Assembly (NCBI RefSeq): GCF_001194135.2
Contig: NC_068990.1
Location: 84,997,557 to 85,053,081 of the forward strand
Source of the DNA: Octopus bimaculoides
Taxonomy: Eukaryota
Direction: 5' to 3'
Length of the DNA stretch: 55,525 bases
The notes under the pieces: model-generated
Told to the model about the DNA's origin: nothing
The model's input: only the letters and a program-made list of their open reading frames with translations
Database searches by the model: none
Shown: in pieces, positions 25,301 through 37,577 of the stretch
Position numbering within the stretch: position 1 is the stretch's first letter
Layout of the letters: each line of letters opens with the position of its first letter
Position numbers and translations under genes: made by a program

Positions 25301-27482
25301 TATGTAAAATTACAAAACAAATGCTATGATAGATATCCTTGATTGAGAAAATATTCTGTGGNNNNNNNNNNNNNNNNNNNNNNNNNNNNNNNNNNNNNNN
25401 NNNNNNNNNNNNNNNNNNNNNNNNNNNNNNNNNNNNNNNNNNNNNNNNNNNNNNNNNNNNNNNNNNNNNNNNNNNNNNNNNNNNNNNNNNNNNNNNNNNN
25501 NNNNNNNNNNNNNNNNNNNNNNNNNNNNNNNNNNNNNNNNNNNNNNNNNNNNNNNNNNNNNNNNNNNNNNNNNNNNNNNNNNNNNNNNNNNNNNNNNNNN
25601 NNNNNNNNNNNNNNNNNNNNNNNNNNNNNNNNNNNNNNNNNNNNNNNNNNNNNNNNNNNNNNNNNNNNNNNNNNNNNNNNNNNNNNNNNNNNNNNNNNNN
25701 NNNNNNNNNNNNNNNNNNNNNNNNNNNNNNNNNNNNNNNNNNNNNNNNNNNNNNNNNNNNNNNNNNNNNNNNNNNNNNNNNNNNNNNNNNNNNNNNNNNN
25801 NNNNNNNNNNNNNNNNNNNNNNNNNNNNNNNNNNNNNNNNNNNNNNNNNNNNNNNNNNNNNNNNNNNNNNNNNNNNNNNNNNNNNNNNNNNNNNNNNNNN
25901 NNNNNNNNNNNNNNNNNNNNNNNNNNNNNNNNNNNNNNNNNNNNNNNNNNNNNNNNNNNNNNNNNNNNNNNNNNNNNNNNNNNNNNNNNNNNNATATATA
26001 TATATATACATACACATACATACAGGACAGTGCTACTGACGTTTATAGCCCCAAGAAGACATCTCCTCTAGCTGGCTAACGACGCACATTCTGCGTCCGA
26101 TTAGTATTTGGGAGGGGAGGTCAGCGCTCCCCATCTTTAGCTTTACGTGATACACACGGACTCGAGTTTATTGGTAGTTACCCGTCCTCAGCGTGTGTTA
26201 ATCACAAGTGATGAAAACTCATTCCACTCGCAAAGAACTATATGCCTTTTCCAGCGAATTCTCGCTGATCTCGAAAAAGGAGAAATAAGTTATATTAAAT
26301 CTCTGAGCGGAATGTGATTTGATACTACAAACAGTTTTTGAATATTCATCTGCATAGAAAACTACCCCAACACCAAGAAGTATGTGGTTGAAGCTTACTT
26401 AGCTGTACTGAGTTACATATCAAATTCCACGCTCTTATCATATTTGTACATATATTTGTGCATATTTCTCTAAATATGTAATATGATGTAATATGATGTA
26501 ATATGATGTAATGTGTGTATAATTCCATATATGTTTTTATGTATATATGTCAGATCAGAGATATGATATCCACAGCTGAGCTAATAATAATTATGTAAAC
26601 CCGTATAAACTTTGCATGGTTGGGCTGTCAGTGACTAAACTGGCACCCCTAGCAAGCCTGCTTGGGTAGGAAGGTGATTTTTATACACCAAATGGGTTGA
26701 TAAATAGAAGCTCTCAAGGGCAGGTAAGCGAAAAGAATAGCTGTCATTAAATCAATGCGCATGTGTATGTATAAATAAATACATACATGTACACATGTCC
26801 GTGTCTTTCTCACTATATATCTTGGTTGTCACTCGAGTCCGAGAAAGATTCTGCAATTCCTTGAGCTCACTCCTTCCACCAAATCGACACATTATATACA
26901 TGACATCTGCTATTAAAATTCACAAAATCCCAAAGCTACCTACTATGCACCATAAATAGCTCCGTAACAAAAAGCATTGCTAGAATTACCAAATATTCTA
27001 GACTAAAACTAGAATTACCGAATAATTTACTGTGAGAGGAATAACGAACATAGAAAACAAAGGACGAAAACGCACATTAGATAAATAGCGTACATTCTAT
27101 CCGCAGCTACCAAATCAGATATCTTCATAGTTTCGACACCATATACGTATGATGTATGTATGTGTGTACATAAATTATACACAGGAAAAGAATAATCTCA
27201 CTCCAAATCTGTGATGCTTTTAGTCTCTAGTAACCTTGCTTATATGCTTGTTGTGTAGTTAATATGTTACTCGTGTCCCCTTTGTCACTATAATATTAGA
27301 TGTATTAGTACTTTTTGTTCCTATATTTTTCGTCCAGTTCTATGTTTCCCATCAGTTCTGTATTTTCGTTACTCGTAAGGGTACACACAAGGTGTAGTAT
27401 AAGTGGGAACCGTTGATATTCTCTGATCGCCGTTGAAGTATAATTTGTGTATAGGAGATAGAGGGTTAGTTTTTGCCATAAG

Positions 27483-27559
27483 ACATAATGGAGAAAATAA
27501 TAGGCATTACAAATTTAAAAGAAAAAGAGGAAAAACGCAGAAGGCAGTCAAATGCAATA
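27483..27559 (+). CDS. Candidate exon (IMEKIIGITNLKEKEEKRRRQSNAI), product unknown
   Basis: Acceptor tttttgccataag, canonical donor gtgagt, ATG in an A(-3)/G(+4) context. No homology recognised. Confidence 0.25.
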
Positions 27560-27813
27560 GTGAGTCGATACACACACTAATCCTCCCCACACATACATAT
27601 TTATATATGCATATATATGGGCGTTTATGTGAGCGTGTATTCTTTCGAAACTGCAGGACTCTTATCTCCATACCTGATTGGAACTTATCCAGGTATACGA
27701 ATTTCATATAATAACATTGATCGGCTAGAACCCGCCACTAGTTTTCTAGGACTATTGGCGTCTTTTTAAATATAATTTTGTGTATCCCTTCTGTCCTTCC
27801 CCCTCTCTGTTTT

Positions 27814-27891
<78 letters not shown>

Positions 27892-28749
27892 TATGTAGTG
27901 AGTATGGCCTTCAATAGATATTCCCGATGATCGATATATAAGCCAAGCAGACGTAAATGAAACCTTAGATTAAAGAAAAAGAAAACACCTACGGTAAGCA
28001 AAGGAGAAACTTGCTGATACTTCGAACGAATTATAACTGAAGTTCTTACATAAGTGACTATTGGAGTCACTTGTTATGTAAATATCCTCTCCAGCACCAA
28101 TGTTGAAAATCTGGGATTTAAAAAGCCAGAAAAGGCACGATATATTCGGAGACTGAAATTTTAAACCATTAATGACACTGTAAAAATGCAGTAATTATTG
28201 CAGTGCAGTCTGTAGTACACATAAGTACACACAGAAAAACATAGACATATCTGTATATACATATATATAACCAAACCATAGATTCGCACGTGCTATGACA
28301 TGTATATATGTAAACGCACGTGCACACCTATATACTTACGTGTGCAGCTAGCTAGCTAGACACACACACACACAGATATACAAAATACATACATACATAC
28401 ATTACATAGAGCTTATTTCTTTGACGCATAACTTGCAGTGACAGAGCTTTGCATCTTGGTTGGAAGCCGGCTCTTTTGCTACAAAAGAGAATTTGAAAAC
28501 GGAAAAACAAAAGAAAATAATGAAGACCAGTCAAATGCTAAAATCGATATGTCTGTCTGTGCCCATTCCCCCATCAAATATATGGCCCTGTGCCAATATT
28601 ATAAATCATTGGAAGAAAACAGACTTGAAGACGTACGTTTCCGTTGGCCTCATCGATATTCTAACATCTGTTATTGATTGATTACCTTAATAAACTGCAG
28701 TTTTCTGGAACTGTTAACTTCCCGCGAATTTCTGGCCCTAAAATTTTAT

Positions 28750-29190
28750 TTACGGCGGCGAGCTGGCAGAATCGTTTGCACGCCGGACAAGATGCTTAGC
28801 GACATTTCTTCTGGCATTTGCGTTCTGAGTCCAAATTCGGCCGAGTTTGACTTTACCTTTCATGCTTTCGAACTTTTTATAAGTGTCACTAATGTATTTC
28901 CATTCTGTTAAATTTGTCGTATTTTATTCTTTTTTTAATTTATGGATTCCAAAATGTGTTTGGTGAATATTTCCAGTTCAATTAAGTCGGCGAGCTGGTA
29001 GAGGCGTTACCGCACCGGAAAATTGCTTAGCGTCATTTCTTCCGACTCTACATTTTGAGTTCAAATTCTGCCGAAGTCAACCTTGCCTTTCATCCTTTCG
29101 GGGTCGATAAAATAAATACTAGTTAAACACTGAGGTCGATGTAATCAACATACCCTCGCACCCGAACTTCGAACTTGCAGGCCTTATACC
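28750..29190 (+). mobile_element. Two SINE family A copies (about 28750-28870 and 28985-29190)
   Basis: Both start with ggcggcgagctgg(c/t)aga...; B-box-like gagt(c/t)caaatt. Confidence 0.85.
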
Positions 29191-29368
29191 GAAACTAATA
29201 TTTCTCGAAATTGAGTTGAGAATTCTACAACTTAGAACTGTCCTGGGTTTTCCTTTAATGTTGTATAAAATCTGCATGGTTCGGGGTGTAATACTCGGAT
29301 CTGATGTACGTAAATTTGTTACTAGAGTGTTTGTTCCAGTTTTTATAATTATATTGTATGCATTTGAG

Positions 29369-29755
29369 TGGAGACGCAATGTCCCAGTGGTTAGGGCAGC
29401 GGAATCGCGGTCATAGGATCGCGGTTTCGATTCCCAGACCGGGCGTTGTGAGTGTTTATTGAGCAAAAACACCTAAAGCTCCACGAGGCTCCGGCAGGGG
29501 ATGGTGGCGAACCCTGCTGTACTCTTCCACCACAACTTTCTCTCACTCTTACTTCCTGTTTCTGTTGTGCCTGTAATTCAAAGGGTCAGCCTTGTCACAC
29601 TGTATCACGCTGAATATCCCCGAGAACTACGTTAAGGGTACACGTGTCTGTGGAGTGCTCAGCCACTTGCACGTTAATTTCATGAGTAGGCTGTTCTGTT
29701 GATCGGATCAACTGGAACCCTCGACGTCGTAAGCGACGGAGTACCAACAACAACC
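29369..29755 (+). mobile_element. SINE family B, complete long form with 14-bp TSD
   Basis: tRNA-like head, extra 3' module and (CAA)n tail. TSD TGTATGCATTTGAG at 29355-29368 and 29756-29769. Confidence 0.92.
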
Positions 29756-30561
29756 TGTATGCATTTGAGCTTGTTTTCTTTGTATGTTTTCGTTATATTG
29801 CTTAGCAGCGATCTTCTGTTAAGTATTTCTGTCTAGTTAGTACCAATTGTTGTTTCTATTGACGTATGTAATGTTTGAATAGTGATTACATATAATTTTA
29901 TTGGAGTTGAAAAGACTTCACAAACTACTTCAATAAAATGTTACTCTAGTTTTAGTATTCGAGTACTATTTTCCCCTCCTTGTCTTGCACCTATGTGCTC
30001 ACATGTGAGTGTGTGTTTGTATGTGTAAGATATATATATATATATATATATATATGGGGGCGGGTATTGTGCATGAGTGTGTATGCATCTATAAGTAATT
30101 GGTTTTTCTTTAGAAATATTAATGAAAACATGTCTGTGTTCCAGTTATTCTATTTTTATTTTATTTTATTCATTTATACTTAAGGCTAATTCATGGTTTG
30201 TTTGCAATAAACCACGTTCAAAGACCGACTGTACAATTAAGTTTTTAAGACCTTTTTGGTCGTGTAGTCTGGATTAAAAGAAACATTTGAACTTACAGAT
30301 AGATTTGGCGTTTACAAGTTTGATAATGAAGCATAGAATTATTGTCTTTCTTTTTTTTTTTCTTTTGCTTATTGGCTTTTTCCCGACCTTCAAATCTGTG
30401 GCGGCTGACATCTACCAATCAGAATAAGATCCGTTCATTAGTGTCTGATGTGTCGTGTTAACTTGTTTGTGTTGTGCTGTTCAAACACGAAATGTGCTTA
30501 ATTGTAGATATTGATTTCACGAATAATGCCATCTTCCTTCTTCTACCACTGCTGCCTCAGT

Positions 30562-30611
<50 letters not shown>

Positions 30612-30891
30612 TTTTCTTGTTACTCTTCTTGTTCTTAATGTAACTCATTTTGTAAGTTGTAAAAAAAAGAACTTGCCCAATGTTTTGGTGGCAAGCACAC
30701 TACTTCTTGTTTAACACCACCATGTGGCCCTTATGTATCTTTAGCGGAGTTTGCTCTATTACAAGCTTCGGACCAGACCTCTGGCTGAAGGGATTCTGTG
30801 ATCCATCCGCGTGCTGTTATCCTCTCCATTCGCCTATGATAACAAAAAAAAAAAAAGATTCAAGCCCTCTGGCTAATTCTCCTTCCTCTTC

Positions 30892-31330
30892 TCAAACACA
30901 CGAGGATTTGTCTTTAATCTAGATCCCAAATACCAGCTCTTAATTACACGCAAAGCAATCATTTACTTATTTCTGAGAAGCAAATTTCTGAACTACTCAG
31001 TCCAGGATACACACTTTATTAAAATTTTACCCCCAAAGGTGGTGTCTGCACAAATGTAGACTCCACTTTCCCTATCACTAACCTCTCTCATCTGGATTTC
31101 AGCATTAGCGACTTCCAGTTTCCCTGGCTTTCAAAGTTTCTCTCTCTCTCTCATTCTTTCAAATGCGCTGGCTTCCATTGTCGCCGTCCGAACTCCTCAA
31201 ACCCGCAACAACCCTTTGCTCACATTTAGTTTCAACTACTTTCGTCTCCGAACTCATTGTCTTCGGCGACTTCAACGCCCACGACTCTTCATGGATCTCA
31301 GTCTCTTTCCACACCGATGCTGCCATTCAG
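30892..31330 (+). mobile_element. Degenerate apurinic-endonuclease (APE) domain of a LINE
   Basis: Across frameshifts: SNTRGFVFNL (NIRGL-like), LLISEKQ (ET-like), PKGGVC, CRRPNS (YRxP-like) and LIVFGDFNAHDSSW (GDFNAH), in the order expected for an APE domain. Confidence 0.7.
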
Positions 31331-32563
31331 TTATCGTGTCCCACGCGAGTTTTCACCTCTCTACACTCTTGTTACGTCCAGTCCTCCGTACTGAACATTA
31401 AGTTCGGTCCTTCTTCCCCATAACAAGCCCCACCTGGAAACATTTCCTTGTTCATGTTTTTCCTGCAAATCTTGAACTGCAACAGTTTAAACGGCACATT
31501 ATCGGCACCAAAATCACAAGTCTCGGAGGGCCTGCAAAGATCATGACATTGTCCCTTACTCCAAGTTCAATTAAATACAAAAAAAAAATATGCATATATA
31601 TTTCCATGTATATATATAAATATGTGTGTGTGTTTGTGTGTGAATACAACAGGCTTCCGCGCGAATCATATTTAGCAAATTCTCTTCACAAGACATTAGC
31701 TTACACGAGTAAAAGATGCTTGCCTAAAATACCATTTGACTGCAAACTAATTATTTTAGCCACATCTGTTCATCAGTGCCAATATTTGTGGCATAAACAA
31801 TATCTCTTCACTATTTAATAATTTACATCATAAAACTTATCAACTGTCGTCGGTATCTGCTGCCAGGTGTTAATTTTTTACGAGGACGTGTTATCTGCTG
31901 ACTTATAAGTTGTATTTTACTAGCTCTACGTTAATCAATCTCGGTCGATTCTGGTTTATATTAAAACTGAAGCAAACACAGCTTTTCCATGCTTCTCTCC
32001 AAAAGCTATAAACATCGAAATTAATCAGCTCTGCTAAATGCTTTAATCCTGTATGTGTAAGTCTGGTAATATGTAAGTCTTGAAACGTGAGTGGCACAAT
32101 TTTAGTTTGGCATATTGTTATTTGAAACGATGTGCTGGCAAGGAAGTATAAAACTGTCATAAAATAGTATTTAAACAAAAAGAAAAAAATTGGAACATTT
32201 GTATTTTGAATAACACACATTTTCAAATACATACACAAGTGTATTTACAGATGTATATCTATAAATTTCTGTCGATTCACTGAGAGGCGATAAATGACAG
32301 AACTCAATACGTAAGTTACACGTTTCCAATCATATATTTCCATACAAGCATATCTATGTAAAACTATGTATATAAATACGCACGCGCGCATGCATATATA
32401 TACACACACAATCTATAGAGATAACTTCAAAAGTTATTATTAAACTGCTCGACCAACACAAACAGTAAGACATCATATTGACTTATAAAGCCTTTAATAT
32501 ACTTGGTAGCATATTATGGTTACATAACGAAATACAGTGCATATTCATTCTTTTTATATAACG

Positions 32564-32608
<45 letters not shown>

Positions 32609-33105
32609 GCTATATATACATATATTTATATATGTATACTTGTGCAGTGTGTGTACACACACACAAGGAAAAACCAGTAGCGCCGGCAGAGAGCTCCTCC
32701 AAATGCTGTCGCAGCATTCGAGACTGTCACTCCCGTGTCTGCCTATACAGCCACAGCAGATGCTGCTCCACTATCAGCAGCTGATACAATTTCTTCGAGT
32801 GACACAATTTCCTCTCTCGAGACCGACGGATGCCTACTACATATTTATATACATCTATCCATGTATGTAATGCATTCACACATATATACCACAAAATGTA
32901 CATACATACATCTATATTTTATTAATACCTAATCCGACGGAAGTCTATGCTTTAGTGTTGAGTGTTTAACACCACCAGGATGAACGAAACCACAAGTTCT
33001 CAAACTGCAGATGAATCTAGCTGAAGTTTACATATTACGATACTATCTTAAAAGCTGCGGTCTAAAATTAAAGAGAGCTAAATAGCATGACTATAATATG
33101 TCTAT

Positions 33106-33447
33106 GTGAAGGCACATGGCTCAGTGGTTAGAGTGTCGAGCTTACGATCGTGAGGTTGTGAGTTCGAATCCCGGACCGGGCTGCGTGTTGTGTTCTTGAG
33201 CAAGACACTTTTTTTTCACGTTCCTCCAGTTCACTCAGCTGTAGAAATGAGTTGCGATGTCACAGGTGCCAAGCTGTATCGGCCCCTTTGCCTTTCCCTT
33301 GGATAACACAGGTGGCGTGGAGAGGGGACGCCGGTATTCATGGGCGACTGCTGGCCTTCCATAAACAACCTTGCTCGGACTTGTGCCTGGGAGGGTAACT
33401 TTCTAGGTGCAATCCCATGGTCAGTCATGACCGAAGGGGATCTCAGC
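33106..33447 (+). mobile_element. SINE family C (tRNA-Arg-like head, CORE-like domain, own tail)
   Basis: A-box tggctcagtgg, B-box gagttcgaatcc, CORE-like ttcttgagcaagacactt...cagctgtagaaatgag. Probable TSD aata(t/c)gtctat at 33095-33105 and 33448-33458. Confidence 0.85.
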
Positions 33448-33998
33448 AATACGTCTATAATGACTATATGCCCCGGTGGTGTTTGATCAGAAGTTAAGGA
33501 CAGATGAGAATCAATTCTGTAATACAGTCATTCTATTGTTCCAGTCCTAAGTTGAATTCCGACTGTTGGCCAATTTGTCCCAGAGTTCTTATCTCGACGT
33601 AAAATTAGCGAAGCGAATGTCACTTATCGTCCCCTTGATCTCTGACGTCATCTGACAAACGCCAACTAAGATGGCGCGAATCAGTCAAGCTTTACCTGCT
33701 AGAAATAGCAACCCAAATACTTTTAAATCAGATCCCAGTGCTGGATGTTCAAGAAACAAATGAAGGGCAGATTTTCACCCCCAGTATCATTCTGATTCCC
33801 AAAAGGTATGTCTACGTAGAAAAAATGTAGACTGAGATACAGGGGTCTCAGACAGAGAGAATATCGCTTTTATTATGATAGATATGCAAATAAGTGCCTA
33901 GACAAATAAACTCATTTACATAATATTATGAAGGTGACGGCATGACAGTCATTTATGTAGTTCCAAATAAAGTGTGGCTTATGAATAAATAAAATATA

Positions 33999-34080
33999 TG
34001 AAGTTACATCCATGACTATTTAGTCATGCTGTGAAGTTACATCCATGAATATTTAGTCGTGCTGTGAAATTACACCCATG
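33999..34080 (+). repeat. 33-bp minisatellite (2.5 units) with an internal hairpin
   Basis: Unit tgaagttacatccatgactatttagtcatgctg starts at 33999, 34032 and 34065. Confidence 0.9.
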
Positions 34081-34578
34081 TGAGTCTTTTCGCTGACATA
34101 TCTAAAATAAATCAACTGGTAGGTATACATTTGGCAATTAATTTTGGAGAAAGTTTACGTAACATATCGTAAATCACGCGAGTTATTTCTGTATATGGAA
34201 AGTAATTATTTTTGGTGACATAACTCCTAGAAAGATCATGCAAACTAACAACAAGCAGACCAACGCGATTTCGACTTCGATGCGTCTCATCAACCTCAAT
34301 GTACTTATTAATAAAGCACGTTCTTTTAATGAAACAGACAAAATAAGTTGAAATCAAGACTTTTTGGGTATTAGACCTATATATTTGACCCCTAAGGGGT
34401 TATAATTCAAAAGCGTTTTAGAAAAAGTTTGAAGATATTGCTTGCAATGAATTAATAAATTCATGTTCGATTGTGCGTTACGTAATTCTCATTCTTAAAT
34501 TCTTTCATTTCTCTCTGCACTTATTTGCGATGACACTGACACCAACATATTAGATAGCAATATATTAGTTCCAAAATA

Positions 34579-35240
34579 CAGGGTATTTGGGCTAAACCTG
34601 ACGATGTCTTATGTCTTCTTTTGCAGGAAGAGCTTGATATATTGGTGAATGGTTAATGGTGTTAGAGTTAGGAGCATAAATCTTAAAGTTGTAACTGAGA
34701 AAAAGTCAGCAGATATGGAAGACCGGAAGTCGTCTGAATATTGGAAAAGAACTACCTGTATCATGATGATTCGAACTGCGTATCAAAACACCTACATCAT
34801 GGCTGCTGCTCAATGTTCTGTGAACGCTAAAAAGGCGATAAGACGTGGTATGAACGGCTGCAATGGAGACTACGAAGCTGTGGTCTGCAGGAAGGGACAC
34901 AGTAGGCGTTCTGACTGCGTTTGTACACCGGAATTCATCCAGCAACTGCATGAGCAGGGCCTAAGGCTCAGTTCAGACGGCTATGTGAAGCTGTTAGAGA
35001 CTGTGCTGAATCTCTGGTTTGAAACGGTTGCTGCTGGAAGGCCAAATGTCTTGGCGGTGAGATTCGTCTCATATCGCCATATCTCCAGAAAGAGTCACAA
35101 GTGGTTGTTGGGAGAATTTCTACAACTTCACCAGCCCCAATTTCTGGCCTCCCGAATGTAATCTTATGGATTACTATGTGTGGGATGTAGTTGAGAAAGA
35201 CACCAACCAGTCTGCCTGCAACACCAAAGCCAAGCTGATG
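34579..35240 (+). mobile_element. Degenerate, internally deleted maT/DD37D-like transposon, copy 2, with probable left end TA-CAGGGT
   Basis: IMAAAQCSVNAKKAIRR...GLRLSSDGYVKLLETV...GRP..., then after a frameshift ENFYNFTSPNFWPPECNLMDYYVWDVVEKDTNQSACNTKAKL. Confidence 0.85.
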
Positions 35241-35321
35241 ATCTCGAATTTGTAAACTTTCGAGTGAATGTGGGAGAATTCTTTTAAGGAATTGGTCCTC
35301 GAAGTACGTATAAAGCAATAA

Positions 35322-35503
35322 ATGATCCTTTCTACTATAGGCACAAAGTCTGAAATTTAAGGAGAGGGTCTACGCGATTACATCGAACCCTGTGCTCAGT
35401 TGGTCCTTTTTTTATCGAACCCCGAAAGGATGAAAGGCAAAATCGACCTCGGCCGAATTTGAACTCAGAACGTAGCGGCAGACGAAATATCGCTAAGGAT
35501 TTC

Positions 35504-35505
<2 letters not shown>
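35322..35505 (-). mobile_element. SINE family A, 5'-truncated, abutting a long (TAA)n at 35506-35620
   Basis: atcctttctactataggcacaaag...atttgaactcagaacgtagcggcagacgaaata. Confidence 0.85.
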
Positions 35506-35599
<94 letters not shown>

Positions 35600-35900
35600 T
35601 GATGATGATAATAATAATAGTGGTTTCTAAATGGGGCACAAAACCAGCAATTTTGAGGGAAGGAGAAGTATATACATATACATTATACAAATATACAAGT
35701 ATACATATGCACACAAACATACATGCATATACTTACGTACATACATGTAAGCATTTATTTTATTTTGTGTTTAGGATTAATACGGAATTGATACAAAAAC
35801 ATGTTTGTGTTCGTTTGTTATAAATATAGATGCAGACAATACTATATCTGTATACATACATATATACATACAAACATAATGTATATATATAATATATATT

Positions 35901-35931
<31 letters not shown>

Positions 35932-36374
35932 ATGTGTGTTTGTGTTTGTGTATGAGAGAGAGGGATTCGAAAACGGACGTTCACTTTCATTTGGCTGTCA
36001 CATAAATCAGCATGTTATGATTCTATAATTATTGACGCCCGGTCATCGACCTTCTTAAATGAAATAAATGAGGTTATGTTATAAAACTTCTGTTTATTTT
36101 TCCTGTAAGAAATTCTATTCTTCTCTGCACTTGGTAAGCATTGCTTGCAAAAATTTTATTGAAGGCTGAAATCCCACAGCTCTATTCGCGTATGTGTGTG
36201 TCTGTGTGTGAGTGTATGTGTAGGTATAAATATATGCTATGTATGTATGCGTGTGGCTATATCTGTACGAATACACATACACACACACACATATGGCTGT
36301 GTGGTAAGAAGTTTGCTTCCCGACTAGATTCTTTCAGGTTCAGTCCTTTGGCATGGCATCTTGGGCAAGAGACT

Positions 36375-36685
36375 GGTACTCCGTCGGTTACGATGACGAT
36401 GACAACGACGACGACTAAGGTTCCAATTGATCCGATCAACGGAACAACCTGCTCGTGAAATTAACGTGCAAGTGGCTGGGAACTCCACAGAAACGCGTAT
36501 CCTTAATGTACTGACACAAAATGGGACAAGGCTGACGCTTTGAAATACAGGCACTACTCATTTTTGTAAGCTGGTTGGACTGGGGAAACGTGAAATAAAG
36601 TGTCTTGCCCAAGAACAAAACGTGCCGCCGGGAACAGAACTCACGACCTTGGGGTTGTGAGCCGAATGCTCTAACCATAAGCCAC
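36375..36685 (-). mobile_element. Chimeric SINE: family-C head and CORE joined to the family-B 3' module
   Basis: Minus strand gtggcttatggttagagcattcgg...ttcttgggcaagacactttatttcacg (as at 33109) followed by tcaaagcgtcagccttgtc...agccacttgcacgttaatttcacgagcagg (as at 29575-29745). Confidence 0.8.
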
Positions 36686-36841
36686 TCACAAGGCTTTGGT
36701 CGGCCCGAGGCTATAGTAAAAGACTCTTGCCCAAGGTGCCACGCAGTGGGACTGAACTCGGAACCATGTGGTATATAATCTTTTACTTGTTTCAGTAATT
36801 AGACAGCGGCCATGCTGGGACAGCCGACATTTCTTTGAGGA

Positions 36842-37390
36842 ATCCACTGTGATTCTTTCGGGCTCCACCCATTGTCGTGCCATTATAGTGCTGGCTGCCT
36901 TCCAGGCCATGTACTCCTTAAGGAAATCATAAAGCATGGCCTAGACATTGCAGGCTCCCCTTCTCAGCTCGAACCAACGGGGCTAGACCGAGGGGACGGT
37001 AAAAGGCCTGACAATCTTCCCGTTCCGTGGCGGTAGGCAGCTCATCTGTAATACCACGTGCTGTGACACCTTACTCAGGGACAACTTGGTGTGTTCAGCT
37101 ACCATCTCAGGCTCCGCTGTTCGTCAAGGTGAGAAAAGCGACCTGTGAAAGTATCGGTCACTCTCTGACAGGTTTATGGCCAAGCTTGTGACAGTGGTGA
37201 CCTCAGGCGTTCTTGGCACTCTGTCCCCCACACCCGGACCATATCCTTGCACACCACTATCGGAGTGAAGATGGCAATCAGTAAGTGCGAGCCCCGGGAG
37301 TCAGAGTGACTGTTCCAGTGCATCTCCCTCACCATCGTCCGGGACAACGCCTTTTCCATTTTGTCTGCTGGGACCATGAGGTCCCAGCTT
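36842..37390 (+). mobile_element. CRE-clade-like RLE non-LTR retrotransposon, degenerate C-terminal fragment
   Basis: CDSFGLHPLSC...GHVLLKEIIKHGLDIAGSPSQLEPTGLDRGDGKRPD, frameshift, LTIFPFRGGRQLICNTTCCDT...GSAVRQGEK...KYRSL...VTSGVLG...EPRE...LFQCISLTIVRDNAFSIL. This follows the zinc-knuckle / LEPxGLxRxDGKRPDG / QRxSxxIxRGNA layout of CRE-like elements. Confidence 0.8.
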
Positions 37391-37493
37391 TGTACACATA
37401 GGCGTATTCTTATACGAAACGTCGTAACATTAGTGCTGGCTCTTAAAAATCTCTTTCTCCCTCTCACTCACTCACTCACTCACTCTCTTTCTT

Positions 37494-37526
<33 letters not shown>

Positions 37527-37539
37527 ATAATGCATATAT

Positions 37540-37577
<38 letters not shown>

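Noticed and set aside
28438-28681. Two overlapping ORFs of 73-79 aa, with an A-rich resemblance to 27483-27559
   Set aside because: The similarity is confined to A-rich sequence plus cagtcaaatgc, there is no recognisable domain, and the frame is ambiguous.
29369-29445. tRNA-like sequences at 29369, 33109, 10022(-) and 17903
   Set aside because: They are SINE heads: A/B boxes are present, but there is no proper acceptor stem, and they continue into SINE bodies with tails and TSDs.
33999-34080. CRISPR array (also considered for 52084-52167)
   Set aside because: The tandem units have no unique spacers, there are no cas genes, and the context is eukaryotic.
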